From Octopus sinensis (Eukaryota), in NCBI RefSeq assembly GCF_006345805.1, contig NC_043007.1, positions 20,832,001-20,896,000 of the forward strand: DNA of 64,000 nucleotides, in the 5' to 3' direction. Numbering within the stretch: the first letter of the stretch is position 1; every line of letters begins with the position of its first letter. The notes beneath the pieces were generated by a model. The model ran no database searches and was not told the DNA's origin. It saw only the letters and a list, made by a program, of their open reading frames with translations. Positions 35,383 through 47,658 of the stretch are shown here, one piece after another. Both the position numbers and the translations under genes were made by a program.

Positions 35383-35650
35383 TTGGCAGGGCTGGCCTGC
35401 TAGGTAGCCGGCCAGAATGCTAGAAATAGATCATCAACGATCAAACTACAAGGGAAATTCTCTAGAGGAAGAATTCAGCGAACACCAGTATGCATTTAAG
35501 TCTGTTTTTTATTTAATTTTTCATATGTCCTGCCCGCCAAATTTGGTTCTGGTGTTCGCTGAATTCTTCCTCTAGAGAATTTCCCTTGTAGTTTGATCGT
35601 TGATGATCTATTTCTAGCATTCTGGCCGGCTACCTAGCAGGCCAGCCCTG

Positions 35651-35654
<4 letters not shown>
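35383..35654. mobile_element. Foldback MITE with perfect 106-bp inverted arms, flanked by TA
   Basis: 35383-35488 is the exact reverse complement of 35549-35654, with a 60-bp spacer. Confidence 0.8.
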
Positions 35655-35686
<32 letters not shown>

Positions 35687-36120
35687 TTGCCCCAATTTCA
35701 AAGGTTAATAAAAAATAAACACATGAAGATGCATGAAAAAACTTTGCATTTCTATGAAGTTCATTAAATGCCATTTTATCTTTCTGTTTCAGGTAGTACC
35801 CACCTATGGCCTGGAGTAGAGAGCATCGTTTTCCCTTGTATTTTCATGTGTTGGTTTTATTATTTTTTTTATTAACCTTTGAAATCAAGGCAACCTTTCT
35901 GCCGCACCCTGTATATATTGTGTTAATTGTCCTGTACTCCATTTTTTGTTGTTTTTAAAATAAATGTCCAGTTCCTTTGGTTTGTGTCTATGTTTTCGTT
36001 TCTCTTTGTGTTCGACGTCCCTTTGGTGTCCTGTACTCATATATGCGTGTATATGTACATGTAGAGGTAGGTACGTACATATATGTTTATATATATGCAT
36101 ATGTTTTATTTCATTTATTA

Positions 36121-36171
<51 letters not shown>

Positions 36172-37424
36172 ACCGTGTGTGTACCGTTGGCGATTTTTTT
36201 CCTCCGTCTTCCCTTCCTTGGATCTTTCCCTGCCCTATGTTTCAGACGAAGAGCTCCGCTCGAAACGTTAAATCCTCCTTCTTTCCTGAGCGTCCAATAA
36301 CATTATACTTGTTCCACGTCCTCGCGTTGTTGTGTCTTCTCTTTGTATTTTCAGGTTTGGATTAACTATATATATATGCAAGCAAGTAAGCGCACTTATA
36401 CACACATACATACATATGCCGTCGTCATCATCAACATAATAATTTAACATGTTTTCTAATGCTGGCATGGGCTGGACGGTTTGACAGATTCTGGCTGGAT
36501 TACCTTTCTAACACTTAATCTCTTTCCTGGAATGTTTTTGCGTAATACCAGCACTAGTAAGGTTTAAAATATGCGCTTTCACTTTTCCAAGTTCAAATTA
36601 TTTCTCCACTACGTAAACAATTCAGGAAAATCCTTGTTTCATTTAATCGCCGATTTTCATTGGTGACTATCTTTTCCGTTTTCATTCCATAGTTTCATAT
36701 TACAACTTGAACGCAGTGTGTTTTAGTGCGAAAGAAGTTATAGTCTTCCAAAGTAATTGTATCTCCTACGATAAAAGCACCCGTCGTACAATTAAACGAA
36801 AGTAAAACGAAAATACGAGAAGTTTTCAATTTTGTTGGCACTTTTTCCAAGTAAAATATCAGTTGTTTACTATATAAATATTATTTCCATAAATACTTTC
36901 TCAGAACCGATGTTGCGATGAACCAGGTAAGAGATTTCCTCGTTGGTTCGTGAATTTACTAAACTTTCCATCAACATTTTAAACTTTGGTTATTTATTTA
37001 AATATATCTCAGGAAAATACAACTTTTTTTAAATGCTCCTAATATTTTCATTAACAACTTTCGTTTTAAATGCCTACATTTTTTTTTTTTTTTGCTAAGT
37101 TACCTGTTCAAGTAATGTACGAAGTTATTTCCATGTGTTTTGTAAATATTTTAAGTATTAAGGTTTAATTTTATTACATTATCGGGGTAATTTTTTTAGT
37201 TTATGTTTCCGATTCCACCTTGTCAGCCAACAGGTATCATTAATTGGCGACCGATGGAGAAACACACACACACGTGTGTATGTGTGTGTTTCTCAATCGT
37301 GTGCGTGCGTGTGTATGTGTGTATGTGCGCGTGTGTATGTATGACATGAGGGGATACTGAAAAGTTCCTGGCGTTGGGTAAAAGAAAATACAGGAAGATC
37401 AGTTAATTATGATTTTATTTAACA

Positions 37425-37828
37425 CTAGCAGTATCGCCCGGCGTTGCTCGGGTTTGTAAGGGAAATAACTATATAAGCATTTTTAGAGATGTAAAGTATA
37501 ATAGCCATCTCAATATGGCTAACCACAATGGGGGGGGGTGTTACTATAGCTTTTTACGTTCTGAGATTTAATAATACATTTTTAGAGAGTTACTTCCCTT
37601 ATATAATAGCAAAACAAATGCATTAAAAATGGGAAAAATTGATGGTAAATTTTTTTTTAAATCGTAGACTCATCGTAGACGCGCGCTAATACCCAGAAGG
37701 GCTCGATATGAATCACGACTATAAGATACCCGTTTTTGGTTACACTGCACCGCAAAATGTGGGAGTAGTTAGGAATCTAAATCGTAGGAGACAGACACAC
37801 ACACAACTACATTTTTATATATAAAGAT
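37425..37828 (-). mobile_element. Non-autonomous Helitron-like element, second subfamily
   Basis: Same 3' end (cccgagcaacgccgggcgatactgCTAGt on minus) and a TC..TATATATAAA 5' end, but an unrelated interior. Confidence 0.7.
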
Positions 37829-38149
37829 ATTCCCTTATGTATAAAGCTGAAGTTGTCTCTGTGTGTGTGTGTGTGGCAGGTTTGGTAGCCTTCAACTAAC
37901 ACTATCTCCTCCAAGACTCTGCGGCGCAAGTTGACCAAAATTTCTTTTTTTTTTTTGGAAATTTTTGCCCGCCGCACTAAAAAATTTCCCCCTGATTCAA
38001 CCTATTGATGGGATCCAGACAGTATCACTGCTCTAGCTCAGAACTTACCTGGGAGTAAATGGCAATTAAGAGATGACTCCATGTTCTCAAGGACTCCTGG
38101 ACTCTTAAACTGGAGCGTCACAACCGGATACAATTTTATGTCATGCCCA

Positions 38150-39184
38150 GAACATACATACATGCGTGCATGCATACATACATACATAGACACACATACA
38201 TACATGCATACATACATACATACACACATACATACATATATATATACATACATACACACACATACATACAGACACATACATACATACACACACACATACA
38301 TACATACATACACACACACATACATATATACACACACACATTCATACATACATACATACATACATACATACATACATACATACATACATACATACATGCG
38401 TACGTACGTAATACGTACATACATACGTACTTACATACATACACACACACATTCATACATACATACATACGTACGTACTTACATACATACACACATACAT
38501 ACATACACACACATTCATACATACATACATACGTGCGTACGTACGTAATACGTACATACATACGTACGTACTTACATACATACACACGTACATACACACA
38601 CACATTCATACATACATACATACGTACGTACGTACGTAATACGTACATACATACATACATACATACACACACAGATACATACATACATACATACATACAT
38701 ACATACATACATACATACATACATACATACACACACATTCATACATACATACATACATACGTACGTACGTATGTAATACGTACATACATACATACATACA
38801 TACATACATACACACACAGATACATACATACATACTTACATACATACATACATACATACGTACATACATACGTACGTACGTAATACGTACATACATACAT
38901 ACATACACACACAGATAGATAGATACATACATACATACATACATACATACATACACACACACATTCATACATACATACATACGTACGTACGTACGTAATA
39001 CGTACATACATACATACATACATACACACACAGATACATACATACATACATACATACACACACAGATACATACATACATACATACATACATACATACACA
39101 CACACATACATACATACATACATACGTACGTACGTATGTAATACGTACATACATACATACATACACACACAGATACATACATAC

Positions 39185-39215
<31 letters not shown>

Positions 39216-39320
39216 CGTACGTACGTAATACGTACATACATACATACACACACAGATACATACATACATACATACATACATACATACATACATACATACA
39301 TACATACATACATACATACA
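38150..39320. repeat. Compound (TACA)n microsatellite with recurrent TACGTACGTAATACG and CACACAGA variants
   Basis: About 1.17 kb. It accounts for all the MYVC/HTYI ORFs in the track. Confidence 0.95.
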
Positions 39321-39987
39321 ATATTTTTACTATCAACGAGGCTTTACAACTTTTTTTAGAAACCAACCCCCTCTTTACAGGAAGAGTCCAAATAATTAAA
39401 AACTTAAGAGAATCGTACATACTTGCATGTATGCGGGGGACTGCCATATCGATTCTAGCTACCTAATCCCATTTACGATATATTGAGCAACTTGAGACGA
39501 GTTTAGAAGATACTTGCCCAAGATACCGCGCAATGGTATCGTTCTTGTTTATGTATTTAATACAGGGTGTATAAATTATGTTCATTCGAAATAATTATAT
39601 GGCAAAGAAAAAAAAATATCGCAAGTAGGGGAGGTAATTCTGATCGCGTTTCGGTTTTATTATGACTTCATCATCGCCTGGTATAAACGTCACTGTACTT
39701 AACGAAATATGAAGAGAGATAGTGAAGGCGCATGGCTCACAGTCCTGAAGCAGTGAGTTCGATTCCCAGATCGGGCTGTGTGTGTTGTGTCCTTGAGCAA
39801 GACACTTTATTTCACGTTGCTCCAGTTCACTCAGCTGTAGAAATGTGTTGCGACGTTTCCATTGTATAACATCAGTGGTGTAGAGAAGAGAGACTGCTGG
39901 TCTTCCATAAACAACCTTGCCTCGCAGGGTAACTTTCTAGACGCACTCCCAGAGTCATTCATGACCGAAGGCGGGGGGGGGGGGTCT

Positions 39988-40387
39988 TTTCGGTTTGAAC
40001 GGCAGTTTTTTTTTAATAATTTCTATGTAAATAAACACTTTTAAACTTTGTATACTGGTAGAATGTGTTTATAAAACATCTTTTTCTCTTGGCTTTATTG
40101 AAAAAATTCTATAGTTTGGTAGATACTTGTTGTTTTTTTTCTTCAATTTCTGCAATTTCAACCAATCAATGACGTCTATTGAGGTGAAAACATTCTGTGC
40201 CGTATGAATATGTCCCTCGTTTAAGAAACAGATTGGGTTTATTTACATTTGTGAAGATAAAAAGATACCCTTCCCCCCACCCCTAACCCTAAAACAGATT
40301 GAAATGCAATAGATCGATACTAGGGTCATAATTGTGGGTGACAATTTCATATGACACCGCTAGAAATAACTGCCGTTCAAACCGAAA
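39988..40387. mobile_element. MITE with TIR TTTCGGTTTGAACGGCAGTT, copy 1
   Basis: TIRs at both ends and internal CCCTAA repeats. A highly similar copy 2 lies at about 52385-52819. Confidence 0.8.
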
Positions 40388-42204
40388 TGATCCGAAGTGG
40401 GTATTTTACCCTTAAAAGGCAATCACTGAGTAAATGCCAGAGATCAACAATGCTTAGCACAGAAAAATAGAATTGTTTAGAGATTAAATTACTTTCTAGT
40501 GTTGGGTTTCTAGGTTATTAACCGTTGTCATTATGCGAAAAGCACGTATAATTATGGTTAATTAGCATAGTTTGAATAATTAAACTTATTATTAGTAATT
40601 GCACCCGGAACTAATGTGATTAAACCTGTGTTTAGTTTACTAGTTATAATGGTACGTTTGAAGGCGGCAAAGCTGGCAGAAACGTTAGCACACCGGGCGA
40701 AATGCTTAGCAGTATTTCGTCTGCCGCTACGTTCTGAGTTCAAATTCCGCCGAGGTCGACTTTGCCTTTCATCCTTTCGGGGTCGATAAATTAAGTACCA
40801 GTTACACACTGGGGTTGATGTAATTGACTTAATCCGTTTGTCTGTCCTTGTTTGTCCCCTCTGTGTTTAGCCCCTTGTGGGTACTAAAGAAATAGGTATT
40901 TCGTCTGCCGTTACGTTCTGAGTTCAAATTCCGCCGAAGTCGACTTTGCCTTTCATCCTTTCGGGGTCGATAAATTAAGTGCCAGTTTCGCACTGGGGTT
41001 GATGTAATTGACTTAATCCATTTTTCTGTCCTTGTTTGTCCCCTCTGTGTTCAGCCCCTTGTGGACAGTAAAGAAATATATAACGGTATATTTGCTGAAT
41101 TTCTGATACTCTCCCCATTCCTGTTTCTTTGTGCCATAATTCTTCCTAGTTCAGGCACAAAGTCTGAAATTTGTTTTTAGGTATGATCTAATCGATTACA
41201 TCGATTCCTTGGTACTTATTTTGTCGATCTCGAAAAGATGAATGGAAAAGTTGACCTCGGCGAAATCTGAACTCGGAACGTAAAACCGGAAGAAATAGTG
41301 ACAAACATTTTGTCCGGAGTGCTAACGATTCTTCTCTGTTCTAGGCACAAAGCCCGACATTTTTTTGGAAGGGAGGGCCAGTCGATTAGATCGACCCCAG
41401 TATGCAACTGGTACTTAATTTATCGACCACGAAAGGGTGAAAGGCAAAGTCAACCTCGGCGGAATTTGAACTCAGAACGTAACGGCAGGCAAAATACCTA
41501 TTTCTTTACTACCCACAAGGGGCTAAACACAGAGGGGACAAACAAGGACAGACAAATGGATTAAGTCGATTACATCGACCCCAGTGTGTAACTGGTACTT
41601 AATTTATCGACCCAGAAAGAATGAAAGGCAAAGTCGACCTCGGCGGAATTTGAACTCAGAACGTAACAGCAGACAAAATACTATTAAGCATTTCGTCCGG
41701 CACGCTAACGATTCTGCCAGCTCGCTGTCGCCGCTTTTGTCCTATTATAGTTTCAAATTTTGGCGCAAGGCCAGCAATTTCAGGGAGGTGCTAAATCGAT
41801 TTCATCGAACCCAGTATTCAACTGGTACTTATTTCATCGACCCTGAAAGGATGAAAAAACAAATCTGACCTCAACGGAATTTGAACTCAGAAAGTAAAGG
41901 CGGAAGAAATGCTGCGAAGCATTTTGTCCGGCATGCTAACGATTCTGCAAACTTGCCACTGCCGTCATTTTCCTATAATGAAAGCTTTTCCACAAAGGTG
42001 TATTATATAAGTTTTACTATTTCAAGCGTTGTTGCCTCTTCTTTGATCATAACTTTCAGGTATTTTATTCTGATGTTCAGAATATGATTTTAAAGGTAAA
42101 GTTCTTTGCATGTCCAACTCTTGGTTAGGTTTCTACTCTTACGAATATTTTGATTCTTAGAAATTTTCTTAGATATTAGCAATGACCGTGGATTTAGAAT
42201 ATGT

Positions 42205-42548
42205 AACTGAGACCCGCTTCGGTCACGACACTGACCATGGGATTGCACCGAGAAAGTTACCCTCCCAGGAACATGTCCGGGCAAGGTTGTTTATGGAAGA
42301 CCATCAGTCGCCCATGGATACCGGCCTCCTCTCTCCGCGCCACCAATGTTATCCAAGGGAAAGGCAAAGGGGCCGATACAGTTTGGCACCTGTGACGTCG
42401 CAACTCATTTCTACAGCTGAGTGAACTGGAGCAATGTGAAATAAAGTGTCTTGCTCAAGAACACAACACGAAGCCCGGTCCGGGATTCGAGCTCACAATC
42501 TCACGATCGTAAGCTCGACGCTCTAACCACTGAGCCATGCGCCTTCAC
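42205..42548 (-). mobile_element. SINE family D (tRNA-like head, TTGAGCAAGACACTT..TTGCTCCAGT core)
   Basis: Related copies at about 29855-30095+ and 39725-39972+. A further tRNA-headed SINE with a different body lies at about 55097-55388+. Confidence 0.7.
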
Positions 42549-43466
42549 TTAGAACATGTAATCGTTACGTTGTAGGTGCAGTCTTGGGTGCCCTGCAGCC
42601 CGCGAGACTTTCTGAATGGTACGCCTAAAAAATAAATATTCTTCTTCAATTGTTTTAGTATTGTGGCCCTGGTGACGAGCTGTGCTTTATGCTGCCCGCT
42701 CCTCGAAGAAGCTTGCCCACTCGTTATGTTTGTTTCAAAACTAATGAAAAGTAAGAAGATAAGGTATCTACATACTGTGTAGCATCAAAGAGAGAAAATA
42801 ATTCACCTATTATAAAATAAATTGTTATAACAACTTACTCAATAAGTTCAAGCTTTCTTTTTCCCTAATCTGTCAATATATAATACATATTAACCCTCCA
42901 GACGATATGCATTTTTGTGATATAGCGTATCATTTCTTTTCCTCGTGACAATTTTACGAAGCAGCAATAATGTATGCCCATGCACATAACTTTATGCTAT
43001 TTTATGTAGAGAAATGTTGGTGTTGCACATCTCTTTGATTTTCGCTTAGTGAATTAGCGAAGACGAACTTATTGAAAAGCAGACGTGCAAAAGATTTACG
43101 TCTCCATGGAAGAAAATGCAATGTTAATTTTAATACTAGTTTCTTTCTTCTATTAAACATTTATAATGCATTCAGGAACAGTTTCCTAAATATTTCCAAT
43201 TCGTGTAGCACTTCAAAAAACGGACGTTTCCAGTGAAAATGTTATAGCAACGCAAAAACCTATTAAACAAGGCCAGTATCCTTCTTTTGAAACTTTAATA
43301 AAATATACCAAATGTTCATTTTTTATTCTAAACTCCTTTTAGATGCTTAAGTACTGTCGTAGGATCGGTATAGGAATTTTAAAATGGGAATATTTATGGA
43401 ACGTCACTCTCACGGAAATATAGAAAAATATACCCCTAAGAAAACAAACTCTTTTGCGCAATTTCT

Positions 43467-44012
43467 TTAGTCAGGAATCATCGGAATGCCATTCTTCCGA
43501 TAAAAGGTATCCCTTAATATACACCTGTGTCCATGTAATGATTTGTTGATGTTAAAACTTTTGGAGAGTTCTGCAATGTTCCAACCATATTCCATAGCTG
43601 ACGTTGGAGGAAAAATAAATTTGTCCTCTGGATTTTCAACATACCTTTGCTTCAGATAGTTTGCACGCCCTTTACCGTCTCTCGACACTCCGTCATACAA
43701 TAAATCTTTTGTTGCTTTATCAATTGGTAACATTAGTTCAAATTGTTTCGTGTCCAATTCCGGTGTTTCTTCAACCAAATGTTCTTCAGGTGGTTTGGCA
43801 ACTGCCTCTGCTGGCTTCTGTTCTAACTTCGGATCACCAGTAGCGAACATAAGTTTTTTGCGAAGGATATCACTTGCTCGGCCTTTTTCAGTTTCTTTCA
43901 CTCCCGTCAGTTCATTCTCTCGTCTTTTTCGATGCCAAGTGAGACGTAAAGTTTGTTCCTTTGCAATACTGTCTTCCCAGAATTTGATATTTGCAAAATT
44001 TGTTCGAGCCAT
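43467..44012 (-). CDS. SPMIP1: Sperm microtubule inner protein 1 (ATP6V1FNB)-like, single coding exon
   Basis: 181 aa. N-terminal FWEDSIAKEQTLRLTW and C-terminal M.P....T..LLYDGVSRDGKGRANYL..R....PE.KF.FP.TS...YGW and FYRKNG match my recollection of human ATP6V1FNB/SPMIP1. Confidence 0.8.
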   Translation of the reverse strand: MARTNFANIKFWEDSIAKEQTLRLTWHRKRRENELTGVKETEKGRASDILRKKLMFATGDPKLEQKPAEAVAKPPEEHLVEETPELDTKQFELMLPIDKATKDLLYDGVSRDGKGRANYLKQRYVENPEDKFIFPPTSAMEYGWNIAELSKSFNINKSLHGHRCILRDTFYRKNGIPMIPD

Positions 44013-44494
44013 CTTGAAAAAATAATAGACACTTTCCTGTTACTTCTCCTTACTTTTTAGAATGTCCTAACACACCGTAATTTCGATTAAAGCCAAGGGC
44101 TGTTTTCCTTAATATTTTAATTTCGTATAACAACCAACCATAAATTATTTATTCATATACTTGATATGTCTTCATATCTCTACATGTATATACATGTCTT
44201 TTAATATGGCAATTATTCAATCATCTAAATATAAACGATTATTTGTAATAACATCTGGCTGCCCCTACATCAATTTCAAGTTTCACATTTTCAGTGCCTC
44301 TTAAACAAACTTTTTTTCATGATGTTCGCCTTAATCCATGCAGTTTACTGTTTGTTACCAGTGACAACCAGCAACTCTTAAGCACCGCCCCCAAAAAGTA
44401 CGTCGCAATTTTTTTCGGGTAAGGGAGGTAACTCCAGCTTGCCGAAGTTAGATCTCGCGCGATTTTGGCTCGGGTTGACATTGCACGCAGGAAA
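44013..44494. promoter_or_regulatory. Probable bidirectional promoter region between SPMIP1-like and FBXL5
   Basis: Divergent ATGs 482 bp apart. Repeat-free and locally CpG-rich near 44400-44500. Contains an X-box-like GTTACCAGTGACAAC (44354-44368) and a TCGCGCGA palindrome (44455-44462). Confidence 0.55.
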
Positions 44495-44581
44495 ATGGCG
44501 CCGAAGTATCCTTACGAATTGGATGTGTTTACAGTGCCGCACAGCAGGATGAAGGCACTGGTACAGCAATACTGCGAAATG
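44495..44581 (+). CDS. FBXL5: F-box/LRR-repeat protein 5, coding exon 1
   Basis: MAPKYPYELDVFTVPHSRMKALVQQYCEM then ATG|GTAAGA donor (phase 0). It resembles the human FBXL5 N-terminus [22 protein letters not shown]. Not in the ORF track. Confidence 0.93.
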
Positions 44582-45315
44582 GTAAGAAAGATCATTTAAC
44601 ACCTCGTTTATCTAAGGACGGAATATCTAAGCCCAAATCCAAACGGTCTTCACACACGACTGCATCAAACCAGCGACCGTCGCTTCAGTATTTTTGTTAT
44701 TTCGAATTATTTTCAATTCGCACAAATCGTTAAAAAAAATCTTTCTGTAAAGCTTTTTACCGATAAATTTATATATTATTGGGGCGATCCTTCGGTATAT
44801 GTCCCGTTACGCCTATTATTGGATAACCCTTATAATTTTTTTAAATACAGTTTTTTTAAAACTTCGATTTTTTGATTTAAAAAAGAAGAGACTATCAAAA
44901 TATTTTCTGTTTACTTTAATTAATTTAATTAATTAATGTCTTAATAATAAATCTTTGGAATTGAAATATGAATTTTTGACATTCTGGTACAACAAATAAG
45001 AACATTAGATTACGTATTTTCCTTTAAAACAATCAAACTCGAGTCATGAACGATGTTTTGATAAATTGATCGCCTCACTCTTATATCCTACGCATGGCTT
45101 TTATAAGCGATTGTACTTTGTTACGTAAAATAAAGTAGCTTATCTCTTTCGCAGTATTTTCTTATTTCCGCATCAATACTAACTACTCACTGGTATTATG
45201 CAATATGCCAGGGTCGTTGTTGTTTTAAGTACCTATATGTCCTGTACACCAGCCCAGGGTGTGACATTTTGAGGTTATCAAAATAAAAACAACGGAATTT
45301 GGAAATAGCGATGCA

Positions 45316-45398
45316 GTACTTTCGTATATAACTTTAGGGATGCCAGGTATTTACCTGGCATTCATACCTGGCATCCCTAAAGTTATATACGAAAGTAC
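45316..45398. repeat. Perfect 35-bp inverted repeat with a 13-nt loop
   Basis: 45316-45350 is the reverse complement of 45364-45398. Confidence 0.9.
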
Positions 45399-46002
45399 AT
45401 ATGGAGTTCTTATCGAGGTCGACTTTGCCCTTTCATCCTCTCGGGGTCGATAAATAAAGTACCAGGTTCGCACTGGGGTCGATGTAATCGACTTAATCCC
45501 TTTGTCTGTCCTTGTTTGGCCCCTTGTGGGTAGTAAAGAAATATATATACGAGCCAATTACAGGTGATTGTGGCTGGTTATACAACTAAGCGCCGGCCAA
45601 TTCTATCCCAAATTCCGCACTTAAAGACGTAGTAAATATAAGCCCAAATTCAAAGGCTTTTTAGCTGCTATTTTTATTTCTATTCGTTCATCAGTCGCGT
45701 AATCATAAACTTGGAGAACTACAATAAAACTACCCAACGACTTCATCCACTGCAACTTAAAACTCATGTTTATCACTCTATCATCACCAGCTTATCTCCA
45801 CCACGTCTACTAACAACTACTAATCTCTTTGCTGAAACACCCCCAAATACTTACAATCTGCCGCTTCTCAGAAATTCGTAATCCTAACAACCCTGTCTCC
45901 ATTGGCAACTGTTTCACTAATCTCACAGCTACCTTGACACGCCAACATCCTTCCTGGGTCACTGCTCAGATCTCACATTCATAACATCAACCATGCTCCA
46001 AT

Positions 46003-46112
46003 TTTCGCCTTTTCAACCCTTTCGGCCTCCCCACAATCTTCGCCTTTTCAACCCTTTCGGCCTCCCCACAATCTTCGCCTTTTCAACCCTTTCGGCCTCC
46101 CCATAATCTTCG
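46003..46112. repeat. 35-bp minisatellite, three copies
   Basis: ttcggcctcc recurs at 46021, 46056 and 46091 (unit tcttcgccttttcaaccctttcggcctccccacaa). Confidence 0.9.
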
Positions 46113-46852
46113 CAGCTTCTTAACACTTCACGGACTCAAAAACTCCTGTTCCTGCCCGACACCCATCTCCTCACCTAAACTACGTAGTTTTTATACAGAC
46201 GAGACTGTATTGGCGCCATCTCTTTTGCTCGGGACCAACTCGTTTTTAATTAACACGCACATTTGCTTCGGAATGTCCAGAGAGCTGGTTGCGTGTTGTT
46301 TTTCTTCTATGTCCACGGAGATTTAAGTAACACGAGCCAAGTCAACCTGTTAATAAATACCACTCCAATTATGTGTTGAGTGCTACTTCCATTTATTTGT
46401 TCACTCATGTATACAGACATACACACACACACATCTTGTAATGCTGCCTCCGGTGTTTGTAAATTTACATTCGCACCAACTACTTGTGTGGTGTTTGTTT
46501 TCATTGCCGTCCTTTACGTCCACTCATTATTCCGATTAGCTTTTTGCTGTTGATGCCGCCAAAATGAACAATATCATCGTTAAAGGCGTGAAATTGTCAT
46601 GATTTTTGGAATTCGAAATATTTTTTCAAAACAAATGCATTTTTCAAGATGTGCGAAACAGCATTAGCCCCAAAATGCCTCTCCCCCCAACCTAGCAGCT
46701 TTTTTGTTGTTGACGCCACCAAAATGAATAATATTATCGTTAAAGGCGTGAAATTGTCATGATTTTTGGATGATAACTGATGAAGAAAAGATGTTCAACG
46801 TCTTGAGTTTGAATTTTCTGTTTGTTTCTTTGTCACCCTTCTGTCATTTTGG

Positions 46853-47612
46853 GGGGCTAATGCAGTTTCGCACATCTTAAAAAATGCATTTTTTTGGAAA
46901 AAAAATGTTTCAGATTACGAATATGAAAAAAAGAAAATGTTTAACTCACCTCCCCATTTAAAATTTTGAACTTTTTCAAAACTTTTTTCCCCTTATGTTT
47001 TAGATGACAGAGATTTCAAATATGCAAGAAACCACGTTTTCAAAATTTTAAATTCAATAAGCATATAGATATGTGTATGAAGAGATAGATAGATATGAAT
47101 GTCTTCCTGGGGTTAAAAACAATAACACCGTCTTCTGTAGGACCACCACATTTAGTTGACAAATATAGTTTACGAATAAGGAAAAATAGATAACCAGATA
47201 AATAAATAAATGGATGAAAATGTTCAAAATTTAAAATTGGAGGAGGGGATGAAATTTGAGACCCCTTATTAAACTTTATAACAAATTATTAAACATTATT
47301 TGTCATAAAATGGTGTATATTTTCATTTACATTGGATTATTAAAGGCAAACAGAAGTAAAATGCAAACTCTTTTCACTTTAATGATTTTGTCTGTATTTA
47401 ATTTCGATTTGCATATGTTCGTCAATATGCTACGATCTCTTTAAAGTAGGCAAAATCAAAAATTTTAATGGGAGAGAGAAGGGTGAAATTAAAAAAAAAC
47501 ATTTTTTTTAGCATATTCATAATCTCCGACATCTAAAATGTAGGAATCTGAAAAAAGTTTCTTTTTAAAAAAATGCATTTTTCAAGGAGAGGTGCAAAAC
47601 TGCATTAGCCTC
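46853..47612. mobile_element. TIR element (GGGGCTAATGCAGTTT...AAACTGCATTAGCCTCC), non-autonomous
   Basis: About 45-bp imperfect TIRs. An additional isolated right end lies at about 46630-46671. Confidence 0.55.
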
Positions 47613-47621
47613 CATTTTTAA

Positions 47622-47658
<37 letters not shown>

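Noticed and set aside
35793-35819. Plus-strand acceptor followed by VVPTYGLE* (possible terminal exon)
   Set aside because: Too short, and no upstream partner exon could be identified.
36918-36932. ATG AAC CAG|GTAAGA in unique sequence (possible micro first exon)
   Set aside because: A good donor alone is common by chance; no downstream exon was found.
38038-39447. Many long ORFs (MYVCMYVC..., HTYIHTYI...)
   Set aside because: Translations of the (TACA)n microsatellite; no coding signal.
43661-44025. Overlapping alternative ORFs at the SPMIP1-like locus
   Set aside because: Antisense or off-frame shadows of the real CDS.
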